Shown piece by piece: positions 1 to 13,339 of a stretch of DNA of 64,000 bases (within the stretch, counting starts at the first letter, position 1; every line of letters starts with the position of its first letter). Location of the stretch: assembly GCA_038496445.1 (NCBI GenBank), contig JALMLS010000487.1, forward strand, positions 212,407-276,406, read 5' to 3'. This DNA comes from Trichosphaerium sp. ATCC 40318 (taxonomy: Eukaryota > Protista > Tubulinea). The notes beneath the pieces are model-generated. The model worked only from the letters and a program-made list of their open reading frames with translations. It was not told the DNA's origin and made no database searches. The translations under genes were made by a program, and so were the position numbers.

Positions 1-594
1 ATAGTTTTAAACATTTCATCAATATCCTTCATGTTACTGCCACCACCAAAGCCGCCGAAGCCACCAAAACCTCCACGACGCGCTGCACTACCATTTGAAT
101 CATCACCGTACAAATCGTACTTTCTTCGCTTCTTTTCATCACTCAATACACTGTACGCTTAGTAATGCGTTAGTTTGACTGTTTTGCTTCAAAATAAAAT
201 TCTCATGAACTGATTTTTGTTATTGTTGTGCACATGAAAATTTGTAGTGCAATGGTGGCGAAATATACTCACCTTCTGTTAATTGCGTGTACTTCTTGTG
301 AAATTTCTCTTTCTCTTCGTCATTCTTCGCTTTGTCAGGGTGCCATTTGACACTCAACTTCCTGAATGCCTTTTTGGCGGTTAATAGTGAGGTTGGGTTT
401 TTTGTATTGTTACCTTTTGTATTTGGCGTTTTGATGCATCTCGTTGCACGCCAAGCGTCTAGTAATTGTTAAAAAGGACTATCTGGGTGTTAACTTACTT
501 TGTAATGATCACCAGCGATTGTTTCATGTATTAAACAAGCTACAATTATAGCTGAGAGGACTAATTTGGCTGCGGCAGGCTTTCGTTGGCACAT
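1..594 (-). CDS. DnaJ/Hsp40 co-chaperone with N-terminal signal peptide (ER-type), 3' end outside window
   Basis: Manual splicing of 3 GT-AG introns gives [60 protein letters not shown]...AYSVLSDEKKRRKYDLYG followed by a G/F-rich stretch. J-domain HPD motif present. Confidence 0.92.
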
Positions 595-939
595 TGACAC
601 GTCACAACTACAATTTTTCTCATTACTTAACTACGCTTTTAATTAAGCGAACAGCCTTTGCACAACATTAATTTCGACGGTTTTTGGAGAAGAAAAGGCA
701 GTGTGGTTGTTACTTATTACGCAACTCTTCTGAATAGCAAACATATCATAAAAACTGTAAAATGTTTGTCACTTTTTGCAGTTCTGTGCTATAGTGCAAA
801 TGTCATAAATGCTTCTTTTGGTTACATTCTGTTAAAGCGTAATTCTTAGATATCTCTTGGTCCTCCTACGAATGAGGTTTGAGCGTCAAAAACCGCACGT
901 GATTATTTTTAACTTTTAACCAAAAATACAACAACGCAA

Positions 940-2045
940 ATGTCTAGACGTAAATCCGAACCGCAAAAGCCAGAGTTATATGCTACAAAAGAAGAGCTAA
1001 AACAATTACATGCAGAGGTCCATGAGATGAAAAGACACCAGAAACATATTATTAAGACTCTAAAGAACCAGTTTAAAGGTGTACGTTGGCTTCTTTCGCT
1101 GTTTTCAATTTTTACAGCACAACTTACGAATTGTTGGGCGTATCTGACGATATTTAGGACACTCTTGAATCTGCACTAGCATCACGCAACGCAGGGCTAA
1201 TAAAGAACCTCGGTAAACTTGACGCTCTAGATCATGAGAGTATGAACAAGGCACTATCTTATGCTGTAAAGAGCGACGAAGGACTAAAGGATGTGGCATT
1301 CTTAAAGGCTATTATCAAGGTACATCCTTTTTCCTTTTTTTGTGAAACATACTTTTTTAACCGCCGTATCAGCTAATTATAGTTAACAATTGCGTATTAG
1401 GCAGGCGCTAACGCTAACATCAAACTTGAGAACCAAAAGACGCCATTGTTTTATGCTGCCGATAATTTCTTATTAGGCAGTGTCAACGCATTACTGGAGA
1501 AAGGTACGTCACACTTTTGCTCACGTGACTGTTTTTTTGCCACATTGTGGTAAAATCGCAATAATCCAACCGTTTAACGCTTTATTTAGGCGCGGACTCT
1601 GACGTGGTAGATGATCAATGGTGTAACGCATTGCTGTCTTGTTTGACGGTTTATTGTAACAAACAAAAAGCTGGGGAGGAGCTGCCAAGTGAAGGTATTT
1701 TATTAATCATTCCTCAGTTGGCACGTGGTTTAATTTTTTGTTAATAGCTGCTGTTGTCGACGTAGTAAAGGCTTTATTGAAAGCTGAATGCTTTGTTGAC
1801 TGTCAAAACACCCTAACAGAGGAAACACCACTTCATAAAGCAGTAGAGGTACGAAAGGCAAAACGTGCTTTTTTATTCTTTAACCGGTTTTTTTGTAGGC
1901 AAAGTTATGGGATGTGTGCAAAGTATTACTTTTGGAAGCAAAAGCTGATGCAGAAATCAAATGTAAGGGTGTTAAGGTATCTGAACTAGCAAGAGACATT
2001 CCAGATCTTGGATTCTTGATTGAGGATAGCCTTAAGACAGAATAA
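940..2045 (+). CDS. Ankyrin-repeat protein (6 exons)
   Basis: Spliced frame is open to TAA 2043-2045. Ankyrin-like motifs AGANANIKLENQKTPLFYAA, GADSDVVD and QNTLTEETPLHKAVE. Confidence 0.85.
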
Positions 2046-2544
2046 ACACGCGAAAAACACTATTTTTTGTAATTGGTCAACAATTGTAATGCTAGATACA
2101 GTCGAAAATGAGCTACTGAAATACCAGTTAGATTTTTAGATTTGTTTCAAACCTGTTCACAGGTGATGGTATCGCTTGACCATTTATGCGAAACTTTGTT
2201 TTTTTGCAACTTTTTTTTTAACTATTCTTTGCCATGTTCATACGTTTTTGTGGGTTACCTGAAAAGAAAAAAAGCAGTACTTGAATGCAATGTAGTAAAA
2301 GCTACTGTTCCAAACCATAACTTTGATAGTCTCCACATACGGCAAACTACAACGTGTTGTTTTGCGGTTAGGCAAGCACTACATTTTGTAAACCGGTATT
2401 ATACATTTAAGTTGTCTGCACGTGCGTATATCTGACAGACGGATAGGTAAAAATGGTTAGTAGAGTTTGTTCATTTTTAAGATATGTACCAATCCTCAAT
2501 GTGAACGCAAGTCACCAACAAAATTGTACTTCCTTAAAAGCAAC

Positions 2545-5500
2545 ATGTCCCTTTTTCAGATATACTTTGTAGCCACTGTATTCTTTATTGTGGCTTCCAC
2601 TGTTTCCACTAGCCCTGGGCTACTGCGCATCCACTCGAAAACTTTTATCTTAGGGGAAACTGAAACAAGCCGCAAACGGTCCATCCACTCAGGGTTAGCA
2701 CCAACAACTTATATTTTAGCCGGATTTGTTTATTTTTAAACTCCACCATTATTTACTTATTTTTTTAGTGCTTCATTTCATGTCTATGGTATTCGCACAC
2801 ATGGTACTAGTCCTACAGGAGGTATTGAGTTTGTATTGAGACGTCATTCATCCCAGCCGCGCGGTACTTTTGTGAACCTTCATTTTCCGAAAATACCTAT
2901 TCTACCCTTGCTCACTGATTTATCTTCCAGTTTACGTAAAAGGCGTTGAAGTAAACTCAATGGAATCTCACGCAACTGTGTTCACAGGTCATGTCAAAAA
3001 TGATCCAAATAGTATTGTGGTAAGTGAGTGAGGCTTTGTTCTTTTTTTTGTAGCTTTGAAATATTATGTTGTGTTCGTTTTTTCTTCTTCACTAACTATT
3101 CAATAAACGCTTTTGTAGGTCTTGACATTAAAAGACAATGACCTTTTCAAAGGGATGGTACATTGGTCAAACGGTGAACACAATCACGTCAAATTTAACG
3201 ATATTCTTGAATTGGGTGAGTTGCGAGGAAATGAACTAGATACAGCTGTTGATCTGTCTTGCTCTACTGAGAGTCATATTGGTTCTAATAGCTCTTCACC
3301 GGATGAACATCGCTTTAATCCTCATGGAAAGCGCTCTGTACAAAGCAATGGGTTATCACAAACGAACGGAAAGACATACACAATTAAAGTAGCCATAGAA
3401 ACAAACAGCTATTACACAAGTCAATTTAGCTCAACAAGTGAAGCACGTGATTACATGATGACCGTCATAGGAGTTGTACGTTATTTTGAACCAGAAGCAA
3501 TTTTTTACTTTATTTTTTTGAAATCACGTGACACTATACATCGCTCAAAATGGATTCAATTCATAAAAGCGTTCCATTTTTTCAAGTTCGTTCTGAGCGC
3601 TAATTGTTGTTCAGGTTTCTGCAATGTATGAAAGAGATTTCAATACCAAACTTTCTGTCGTTCAACTTGGTTTAAACTCTGCTGGTGGCGGAGGCGCAAG
3701 CGCAATGAAAAATTACGCTGAAAATGAGTATCCGAGTTTGGATTTTAATGTTGGCGTTGCTCTGCGAGGCGGAAGAGGAGGCGGATACGCTCAACGTGTT
3801 GGTATGATCAACATTAATTTCTCAATCTAAGATCGTTACAGGCGGTCTCTGTGATGAGTACAAGTTTTGTGAAGCTGGAGTGTCAGGAACTTATGGAACT
3901 GATGAGTTTGATGCCATTCACGATCCTTACATTATTGCTCATGAAGTACGTAGAAGATTTAAACTTGGCATAGTTTCGCAGTTGTTTTAATCACTTTGAG
4001 CAATCAGATAGGTCACTTACTAGGGTCAGAGCATACACACGATACTAAACAATATTCTCCTGTTATCGATAGTTGCGGAAATGGAGGTCAAGTTCCTCCA
4101 GATGCTGGTATGTTAATACATGGAAACCTTCATACAATACAGAAACGACATTTTAGGGGTCTGCATGAGCTACTGCGTTACTGCTCAAAGCTCTCTAAAT
4201 AAATCGCCTTGTTGGTCATACTGTCAACTAGCGTTAGTGATGGGAGAAGTAGGAAAACATGGATACAAGTAATATCAGCTACACCTTTCAACTTGTTTAT
4301 TTTACTGTCAAGGAGCGAACGCATCAATCAAGTAATCAGAGCTCACATAGAAGATTCAGAAACCTGTGCTAAGTTATCGTTCACAACAGGAAGTGTATGT
4401 ACTACTTGTTTTATTGCTATGTTAATGCTCCCTAGTCTACCCCGCCACCCACACCATCTCCAACGCCTGAGCCAGTAGCTACTGAACCACCAACTGTAAA
4501 GTCTGATGATCCTTCAACCACTCCTACGCCATCAACTACCTCATCTCCAACTGCATCACCTACACCTGTAATACAACTATTGTATTTGTGAACGGAACTG
4601 ACACTTATTTAGATACCTCCTCATGTTCTCTATGATCAACGAGGTAGTTGTACAACAGATCAATTTCCAGCACAATATTTTCCTGATAACAAAGGAGCTG
4701 GTGAGGCCGCTGACGACTTTAGAGTACCAGACGGCAAGTTGTGTTTTCTGATTATTTTCAACACTAATACATACATAGGTATCAAATGGAGGATCAAGAT
4801 TGTTACAATTGAGGGTAAATGGGAGCCTCAAAACACCAACATTGATATAGACAGTGTGTCAGTGATTATATACAAGAATAAAAATGGTGAAGAAATAAAG
4901 CCTTTTAGCTGATATCTGACAATGACGTACTCATACAATCGATTAGGTTCACCAGGGGATGTCGCTTGTAAAGAAGAAGATGCTCAAATTCTAGCTCCAG
5001 AAACTAGCGATGAAATGACACTTTTCTTACCAAAAGATGATTGCGTACTAAACTCAGGCACGATTTCTTCCTAGTATTGACTCTTTATGTGATTTCAAGA
5101 TAAAGCGTTTTAAACCCACAGGAGCACTTTAAGTAATATTTTATTCAAGGACGCTATTGGCTACAAGTTCTTCCTTATGTTCCGTTTGGAGATAACATGA
5201 ACCAGTTCTATTGGAGAGAAAGTTCAAGCAGCAATGGAAATAAGTTTCATTGGAGAGACACTGAGGATATATTTGTGAAAAAATTAAATCCTTGTCTGAC
5301 ATGGTCAGAAGCTCAAACTTGTTATTACTCACCGGGACCAGATCTATGCTTTTCTCTCTTTGGTACGAACTTAAACACGAATTCCTTTTTTTTTCTTACC
5401 ATTGTTTACTTTTGTGTTTTCTCACGTTTTCAAGGTGTTACTTCTGAAGATACTGTATTGAGACCGTCAGAATCTACATCCTCTCATATAGGTAAATTTA

Positions 5501-5583
5501 GGTAACTATTTGATTTTTAGCTTACGTTGTTTATAGGAAGTCTGGGAAGCGTATTTTTTGCGGCTCTATTAATGCTACTTTAA
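2545..5583 (+). CDS. Secreted, possibly GPI-anchored reprolysin-like (M12B/metzincin) zinc metalloprotease
   Basis: Signal peptide; propeptide-like FTGHVKNDPNSIV; spliced zinc motif AHE|IGHLLGSEHTHD; Met-turn CMSYC; P/T/S-rich linker; C-terminal domain starting AADDFRVPDG; hydrophobic tail SLGSVFFAALLMLL*. Confidence 0.85.
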
Positions 5584-6084
5584 ATCATGTAAATCTACAG
5601 CGATCGAAATTCAAAAATAAAAAAGAGGTTTGCCAGACTAACAAGTTTTCATTGTGGATAGTTGTCTACTAATTTTGGTTTGCGGTTTTATGGAAAAGTC
5701 GAAATGACGTAAGTTTTTTCGGATTGAGTCGTTCTTACAATTACACAATGTCAACTACTTGTAAGGAAAATATTTTATTTGTCTTTTTAATGCAATATAG
5801 TGACGAAATGCCTGAAAATTGTCCATCACTTTTTTCAAAGTTCGGTCTTCTAGTTTTTTGTTCAAAAGACCGAAGTCATTCTTGTTTGTCTATTTACATA
5901 ATTAACTTAGATTTGAATAAACAGCAATTACAACCTTAGACTTGATTGGTGCTGTTGGGTGTAGCTAGTGGTTTTGTTGTTCAGCGAACATTTGGCAAAA
6001 TTTTCAGTTTTCCACAAGTACGATTGTCTAGAAATTACACTTACTGCGCTTCAAGGGTAGTTTCACTTGATTTGTTCAGACAAC

Positions 6085-8172
6085 ATGGACGTATGCACAG
6101 GGAATGATCTTCCAATTGAGCTGTTGTACCTTATATTTGGTTGCAATGGTCCAATTGGCCTGGAAACTCTGTACAATCTATCATTAGTGTGCCAAGAATG
6201 GCGTATGCTTGTATCGGATTCATAGTACGTTTTTACTGTTACACCTGCCTTTCCTACACGTAAAACGCTTCAAAAAACCCTTAACAGCGTATACCATTGT
6301 TATTTACAATTTTTGCCATTAAACCTTCTAAAATAGGTTTTATGGTATTTATTCACTTCAATTTGGTCTGTTTCTAACGTGTAATAGCTTTCTTAATCAA
6401 CATTTTACTTTATCAGAAGAATCGGCTGGTTTTGTTATTCAGTTTGCCAAAATTGTTGGTGAGAGTCTAGACAACTTAGATATTACAGATTGCAGGTAGG
6501 AACCTTTAATTTTAGATACAAATTTGTTGGTTTACCATCACATTTAGATTTTTATCGGATGCTCAGCTGGATACTGTACACGTTTTTTTTTTTTGGTTTC
6601 TTTTTTTCTTACTTTTTTTACCAGGTTTTCGATGCTTGTCCAAACCTTGTCAGTGTGAATCTGACTGGATGTACATCCATCAATTGCTTGAGTGCATTCA
6701 CTTCGCTATGTACACGCTGTACTGCTGTGGAAGTACGTCATAACAAAAGAAATACAATACAGTTCTTACCTCTATCTAGAAATTAACACTCTGCAACCTT
6801 AAGTTCACAGGGATAACATTGAACAAGCTGCTCAAAAACTACACAAACTTGAGGTATCTGAAGTACGTATAACTGTATACAATATATCAGATTAACCAAT
6901 GCGTTAAGTATCTCCGGATGGCAAAAATCGCCTGGCAAAAAAGCTTTCAGAGGTACATTGTTGTAATGCCAAGTACCTTTCGTTAGGTTTACTCTTTACT
7001 GTAGGTGTATCCCTTCCTAAGTTGAACACTTTCATAGCTTTAGACATGCCATATGAGTCCGCTATACCCTTTACATCAAAACTCACGCCCTCGCTCACAA
7101 AGCTTCACTTGAATAGTGATCAAGGCTACAAACCTAAAATACTTGAAGAACTGACAAACATCACTGATTTTGCACTAAAGTACAAATTGCATTCCAACTT
7201 TTTTTCGAAACCAAGCCATGTAGAATCATAAATTATTGACTTATAATGTTAGGAAGCTACCTAAGCTGTCGGGAGAGCACTTTGTACATATGATAGAACA
7301 CATGAAAAACGTGACAACATTGGATATTTCACTTGGAGCATTTTCTTCTCTTTCCTCCCAAAAAGAAAAAGAGACTTGGAAGAATTTTGCTCCACAACTC
7401 AAAACGTTTACATTACGTGGTATTTCTTACAACAGAGGGGCTTATTATTCAGCTTTTTTTGTTTATGCAAATGACGAACAAACTCTTTTTAATCCTATCA
7501 AACATGCAATCAATGTTGAAGAGCTGGTTATTGAGTATATCAAACTACAAGATAGTGAATGGCTTGGTAATCTTATCGAAGGGTTAACCAAATTAAAGGT
7601 AGCGCAATCCATCAAAAATAATCTTCATATACTATGAACTATCTTTATCCTTGGAAATACATCTTTGGTAACCAAGCTTCAGAGAAGCATGACCTTAGTT
7701 TTCAGTTTGATGTTTTGACGCTCTAATAATAATTTAGGTTTTTACCATAAGTAAACTATACTGTGATAGGAGTTATACTGAAGCTTCTCAAGATTATACC
7801 TTTAATGCGAAAGGATTAGAGTCATTAACAGTTGAAGGATTTTTTGTTGAAAAGGAAAAAACTGTTACAGATTTTCTTAGAATGTTAGCATTATCAACGG
7901 GAAATCTAACTGATTTAAAATTGGGTAGCACGTTTATTGCAAATAATAGATACGGTATAAAACGTAGATTGTTTCTTCCTTTGGTATGTACATTGTCAAA
8001 ACGACAAAACCTAAATCTTATTAATTTTATGCACTAGGATGATGAGAGTTTTTGCACTTTTCCTGTTAATAACACTCAGTTAAAAAGAGTAGTATTGGCT
8101 TCTAACAATATAAATGAGAGTATAATGGAATCTGTAAACGCATACAGACTTAATCTAGTAGTTCCAAAGTAA
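6085..8172 (+). CDS. F-box/leucine-rich-repeat (FBXL-like) protein, multi-exon
   Basis: N-terminal F-box-like NDLPIELLYLIF...LSLVCQEWRML, then LRR-like units (CPNLVSVNLTGC, NVTTLDIS, PQLKTFTL). Ends VPK* at 8172. Confidence 0.75.
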
Positions 8173-8691
8173 GAAATAAACAAACATATTTCAAAAAAAA
8201 AACCACAGATGTATCATGTTATGCTTTGTGTATATTTCGTACTACTTGGTTAATTCACTAACAATAAAGTCTACAACTTACCATCACATCTTCTTTGTTA
8301 GACATCCAATAATGGTCTTTACTAACAAAGTAAGCAACAAAAGAAATGAGGAATCTACTGTAAATAGTATGTCTGTAAACCACACTGCCAAATCTCAATC
8401 ACGAGAAAGTTTTCTAAAGCTGTTAGGATACTGTGTACGGCTACAAGGTGAAGTGCAGTGAGGATGAACCAAAAACATGGTTTAGATATTTATGTAGAGA
8501 TATGTGTTACTAACACCCAGTTATATTGTTGTAAATCTAAATGTTCCGCACCAGCCGTGATTCGTGCAATAAATACAAAAAACCAAACACTGAGCTAAAT
8601 TAAACTGTCCGAATGTGAAAATTATTACCTTCCATGGAAGCCTATTCGAGGTTTGTTCAATTTGAGTACATGGATTTATCACGTTTATTGT

Positions 8692-9947
8692 TTACAACTG
8701 AACTTTGAATTTTTTCTCGGGGTTTTGAGATCTACGAGTTTCTCTTCCAATTGCTGAGATAAACAGTCTCTGTTGTTCACCTCTTGGAAAAGCGATGTCA
8801 ACTGAGTTTACAGTATTTGCGGTTGCGGGTAGCGCAATGTAGCCTCGATCTTCATCATCCATAGTATAAGTTTCTACATTGAATGTTCTAAACGTTCCAT
8901 CGTCACAGAGAATACCCACGTGATTTTGGGAAAGTGTTGTTAAATCTGCATGTAGAGAAATAATTAATAGCAATTCGAGTATTAGAAACTAACCTTTTGC
9001 AGTACAAGATAGAGCGACACTCATCACTTCATCACAAGGATCGGTACTTGGGTTATTTGGAAGCTCATAGAAGTATATATTTTCACTTGAAGCTGAAGGA
9101 AGAATAGCAAACAGATCATCTGTGATAATTGCGACTGTAGCATTAAGTAGTTAATCAGTTATTTTGAACACAATGTACATGATGATGAGTGTTTTCTCAC
9201 GTGAAAGTATTAAATGAAATAAGGTTTCATGATTTTTATGTAAATACAAAAATAAACGTACTAGATCCTGCAGATGCAAAAGGTACATTACACAACGGTG
9301 TTTGGGTACAACCGGGTGCTACTAGTGCTAGTACAATATCACTTGTCATTGTACCATGAACTGTAAAGAACAGGTTTCTAAAGTAATGTTTTTAGGTGCA
9401 AGAAAGAAAAGCGTCAAATACGTTGTAGTTACCTTTCACCTGCAAAATCTATGCCACCTACATTACCTGAAGCTGTGCATATTGCAGCCTATTCTTTCTT
9501 TAGAATACAGCTTCACCTACTAGTAATACATACAAAAAAGGGAGGTGGTGGTTCAAAAAAAAACCAGCGTAAAATTGAAGGAGAGCCATTTGTATAGTAT
9601 AGACTGTCATCTAGCGGTTCATGCCTATATTTCTGTTAAGCACCAACGAAAAATAAAAGAAGATTTGTAAATTAGCTTGTACGCTGCTATGGACGTTATT
9701 GTAAGCGTATCCCTCGCGGCTACAATACGAATTAAAATAAATACTGAAAAAAAAAGCTCAAACGGCGTTTTAATTCAGAGCACGTGACGCCAATCGTTTT
9801 ATTTGCAGTAATCGTACTCTCGCTAGCGCCAATGTTATCATATGGTAAATACGTCATCCCAACGCCACCAGTGTAAAACTGAGCCTTTATATCAAGTGCG
9901 AGAAACGATAAAAAAATCAAAGCAGTAAATAGCGTAGTGCTAGACAT
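8692..9947 (-). CDS. Secreted hypothetical protein, multi-exon
   Basis: Signal peptide MSSTTLFTALIFLSFLALDIKAQ, and a chain of exons bounded by GT/AG down to the last exon in ORF 8692-8973. No family recognised. Confidence 0.6.
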
Positions 9948-11231
9948 CTTTTTATTTTTATTTGCTATGCAAATTAAGTCATTGCACGGAAACGTTACAG
10001 CGCAAACAATGTTTGGGTTTTTTCCCGTCTGTTATTCTTCTCAGTCGCTCTTCAAAACCTAAGGCTGTATTTTGAAACCTATTGATTATTCCAAAGTTAG
10101 AGATTGCTCTCGAAATTCCACATTGTACTGCTATTGTGAGGTTTTCACAAAAACTCAAAAATTAAAATGGTCTAAAACCTCATTACATACATTAGCCAAC
10201 ATCGTGTTTAGAGGTATCATACCAACACCAACACCTCTATGGTGTATAATTCTGATTAATTACTGATTTGTAGAAATTTCATACTTTTTCACCCACAACA
10301 AACCAAAGTTCCGTGTGCGCTTGATAAATGGCTGTCATTTATTTGAGTTACTAGAGATGCATAGTAGAAGTGTCACATTCTTTCACAGCATTGTCACATT
10401 TGTTAAATACTTCGTGGATACAATCTATTCATTTGTGGCTACCGCTCTATAATTTTAATACTTCGAAATTCTGTTTGCAAAGGCAAATTGTAGTTGTGTG
10501 CTGTGAAAACACTTTCTTCGTTGGATATCCAATGAGGAGTCAGCCGACTTCTTCGTAACTTCATTGTTCATACGGTGCATAAGGCCCAGTAGGACATGAT
10601 AACACCATTTGGGGCACGCTACGCTACCACCTCTTTTTGTTTCATGTATCCTGTTACTCAACTAGTTTGCGAAACTGGAGAATAAACAATGAAGTAAGTA
10701 TGGTCCTTGAATATACCATAGGAAAAGAGCTGTTGGCACCTACAATCACTAAAAACCCAATCTCCACGTACTTGAAAAAGCCAAAAGTTGCGTCCTTGTG
10801 GAACGCAGTTGGTAAAATATCTGAACAACAACGAAGGGCAAACAAAAACTACCTACAGCAAGAAAACTATTGTTGAGGAATCAAATATTACAATTAAAGC
10901 ACAGAAGCAAGCAGATGCAAAGCAACATGATATAATAACCAAACTTGAGAAGTATATTGTTGAATTGCAAGAAAAGAGCAAACCAGAAGAACAAAAGCAA
11001 GTCAATTCAACCCAGAGAAAAGGATTGCTGGAAGAGAATAGCACTATTAACCGAATCGCAAATCTTGAGAGCACAAATTAACACAGATAGCTATCTGCTA
11101 TACCTTAGTTAAACAAAGTAACCTTAAGATTCTTGCATCTTGAAAGAGAAGTAATTACAAGGCTACTATCTGACTTTTTATTGCTTTATTGTTGTATAGG
11201 CTAGCACTGAAGCCTTTATTTATTGAGATAC

Positions 11232-12846
11232 TCAAGAACGCAGAGTAACATGGAATAGTGGTTCAGTTATGTACTTGTTGACAGCACAAAAGTGTGTTGA
11301 TTCATCGTTCGACACTTCTGTTTCATTCCACTTGAGCTTCCCAAAATAAGTAGCAAAGAGACGATAAAGGAACACCATTGCTATTTTCTTTCCTGGGCAC
11401 GTGCGAGGACCTACGCTAAAAGGCGCAATATCGAACTTTTGTTCGTTCTTCCACCTCTCTGGTCTGAATACATGAGGATCACCAAAGCGTTCTTTAGAAG
11501 CAGTGATACATCCATGCAACGCAATAACTAGAGCCCCTTTAGGAATAAAATACCCACCGATTTCTCCATCCTCAGAGGCTTCGTGTTGGACATACAATGG
11601 AGCAGTTGCGCGATATCTGAAGGTTTCTTGAATGACCCAAGTCAAATACTCGATGTTCTTCAGTTCGCCAATATCACATGTTGCTACATCGTGGCCCTTG
11701 AGTGCTTGATAGAGCTTCTCTTGAACATCTTGATGTTTAGCGAGCGCTGTTAAAGCTGTTTGCAGTGTCTGGGCTGCTGTATCAAAACCGCCTGTGAGTA
11801 TCTCAGAAGTCATTGAGCTTGCTCTTATCTTGGGTTGAACTTGTTCAAGTATAACATCAACAATGTATTTGTCGTCTTGTTTTCTTGATTTAAAGATGTT
11901 GCTGATATGTAAATCACGCTTTTCACAGTTCTCTAAGTACTTCTTCTCTCGTTGCTTTTCAAGAAACGCTAGCGCTGGGATGTAGTCTCCAAGGAATGGC
12001 CTTGAAAATTCTCTCATAGCTTCGCTTTGCGTATGAAACAAGCTTCCAACATCGTTGTCTTTACCAAAGCCATTCTCACCGAACAAGAGCTGTGTGATTG
12101 AATCAAATGATACCGTGGATGTAATGCTTTCAGCTCCGATGGTCGATTTATTCTTAGCGTGCGTGACAAGGTCATTGTAACTCCGTTGTACTTGTTCAAT
12201 ATGAATATCCACTATCTTTTTCATGTTTTCTTTGTTCACAACGTGGTTACTCCAAACCAAGCGTGCCGCTTTATGATGTTCTTTATTTGCGAATAAAGTA
12301 CCACCAGTTGGATCTTTACCCCTAGAAATGCATTTAATTCAGTATGATGAAACTATCACTTGTTGAAAAAAGCCAGAAAAAATGCGGATTTTGAAGTGGC
12401 GTAAACCCGCGATTTTCTTTTTTGACTTTGTTTTACTGACAGTCAAAAAAACACGTGCTTTTTCTGTTTTTTTGTAGCTTTTGTCCAAAAAATCCAAAAA
12501 AATAAAGGTGTACACCGTACCATCCGTGTTTAACTGGAATAAGCGTTTTAGGTCTATTTGAGAACGTTTTAGATTTCTTAACAAAGGCTTCTTTAATTAG
12601 AGGTAGAGTGCATAAAAATACTGCCGTTCGCGTTCCCATATCCAAACTAAAGATACCATCGTATTTTTTTGCCATTGAAATAACCTGGTTGCTAAATTGC
12701 GCTGGATCTCCAAGTAAGTGAAGGTGACCGATTATTGGTAATGATAAAGGACCAGGAGGAAGGTTTCTAGTTTTTCTTGACCTGTTTTTTACCCATGTTG
12801 CTGCAACAGCTACAAGTACAAGTGCGAGGATTATTTCAGCAATCAT
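11232..12846 (-). CDS. Cytochrome P450, microsomal type, one intron (12322-12520)
   Basis: N-terminal anchor plus LPPGPLSLPIIGHLHLLG; I-helix GGFDTAA; ETFR (ExxR); PERW; heme motif FSVGPRTCPG. Confidence 0.96.
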
Positions 12847-13339
12847 AGGTTGCGAATAAGTGTTTTATAACGCGATACTGTGAACGGTGATTGTTTGATT
12901 TAGCCTAAAGCACATTCTTTGAAATCTTGTCATGGTACAACGCATCTTCTGTAAGGCTACGAAGGTTGGATACATGGAAACTACGCTATTTATTAAGCAA
13001 CGTGTTCAGTACAGAGCATTACATCTTCAACTTAGTAAACAAGCGCTACTATAAGCCAAAATAAGTTTCACCAGCTATAATTGACTTGATCAACATTACA
13101 AATGAGGTTATAAAGGCATTACCTGGTGTGCATACGATTAGTTTGGCCAATCAAATACAATAAATGAGGGTATTAAGGTTCTTGTTTGAGTTCATACGAT
13201 TGAGCTTCAAAAGGTAAGGTTGAGACAAAAAAAAGGAACATAAAACAATATTAAATAAGTCTATTTACAACGTGACAACACTTGTTTGTGCGAGGGAATC
13301 ATTTTTCAAAATCAATCAATTGAATAGTAGTTGATTATC

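Noticed and set aside
9785-9810. Possible GC donor in the secreted-protein gene
   Set aside because: An upstream GTACGA donor in the same phase explains the frame canonically.
10637-11081. Coiled-coil-like ORF fragments
   Set aside because: No convincing start or splice model and no recognisable domain.
12340-12440. ATGATGA...CTGA C/D-box-like pair in the P450 intron; similar pair at 36568-36660
   Set aside because: The first is antisense to its host with no terminal stem. In the second the CTGA is probably the branch point. No rRNA guide was recognised.
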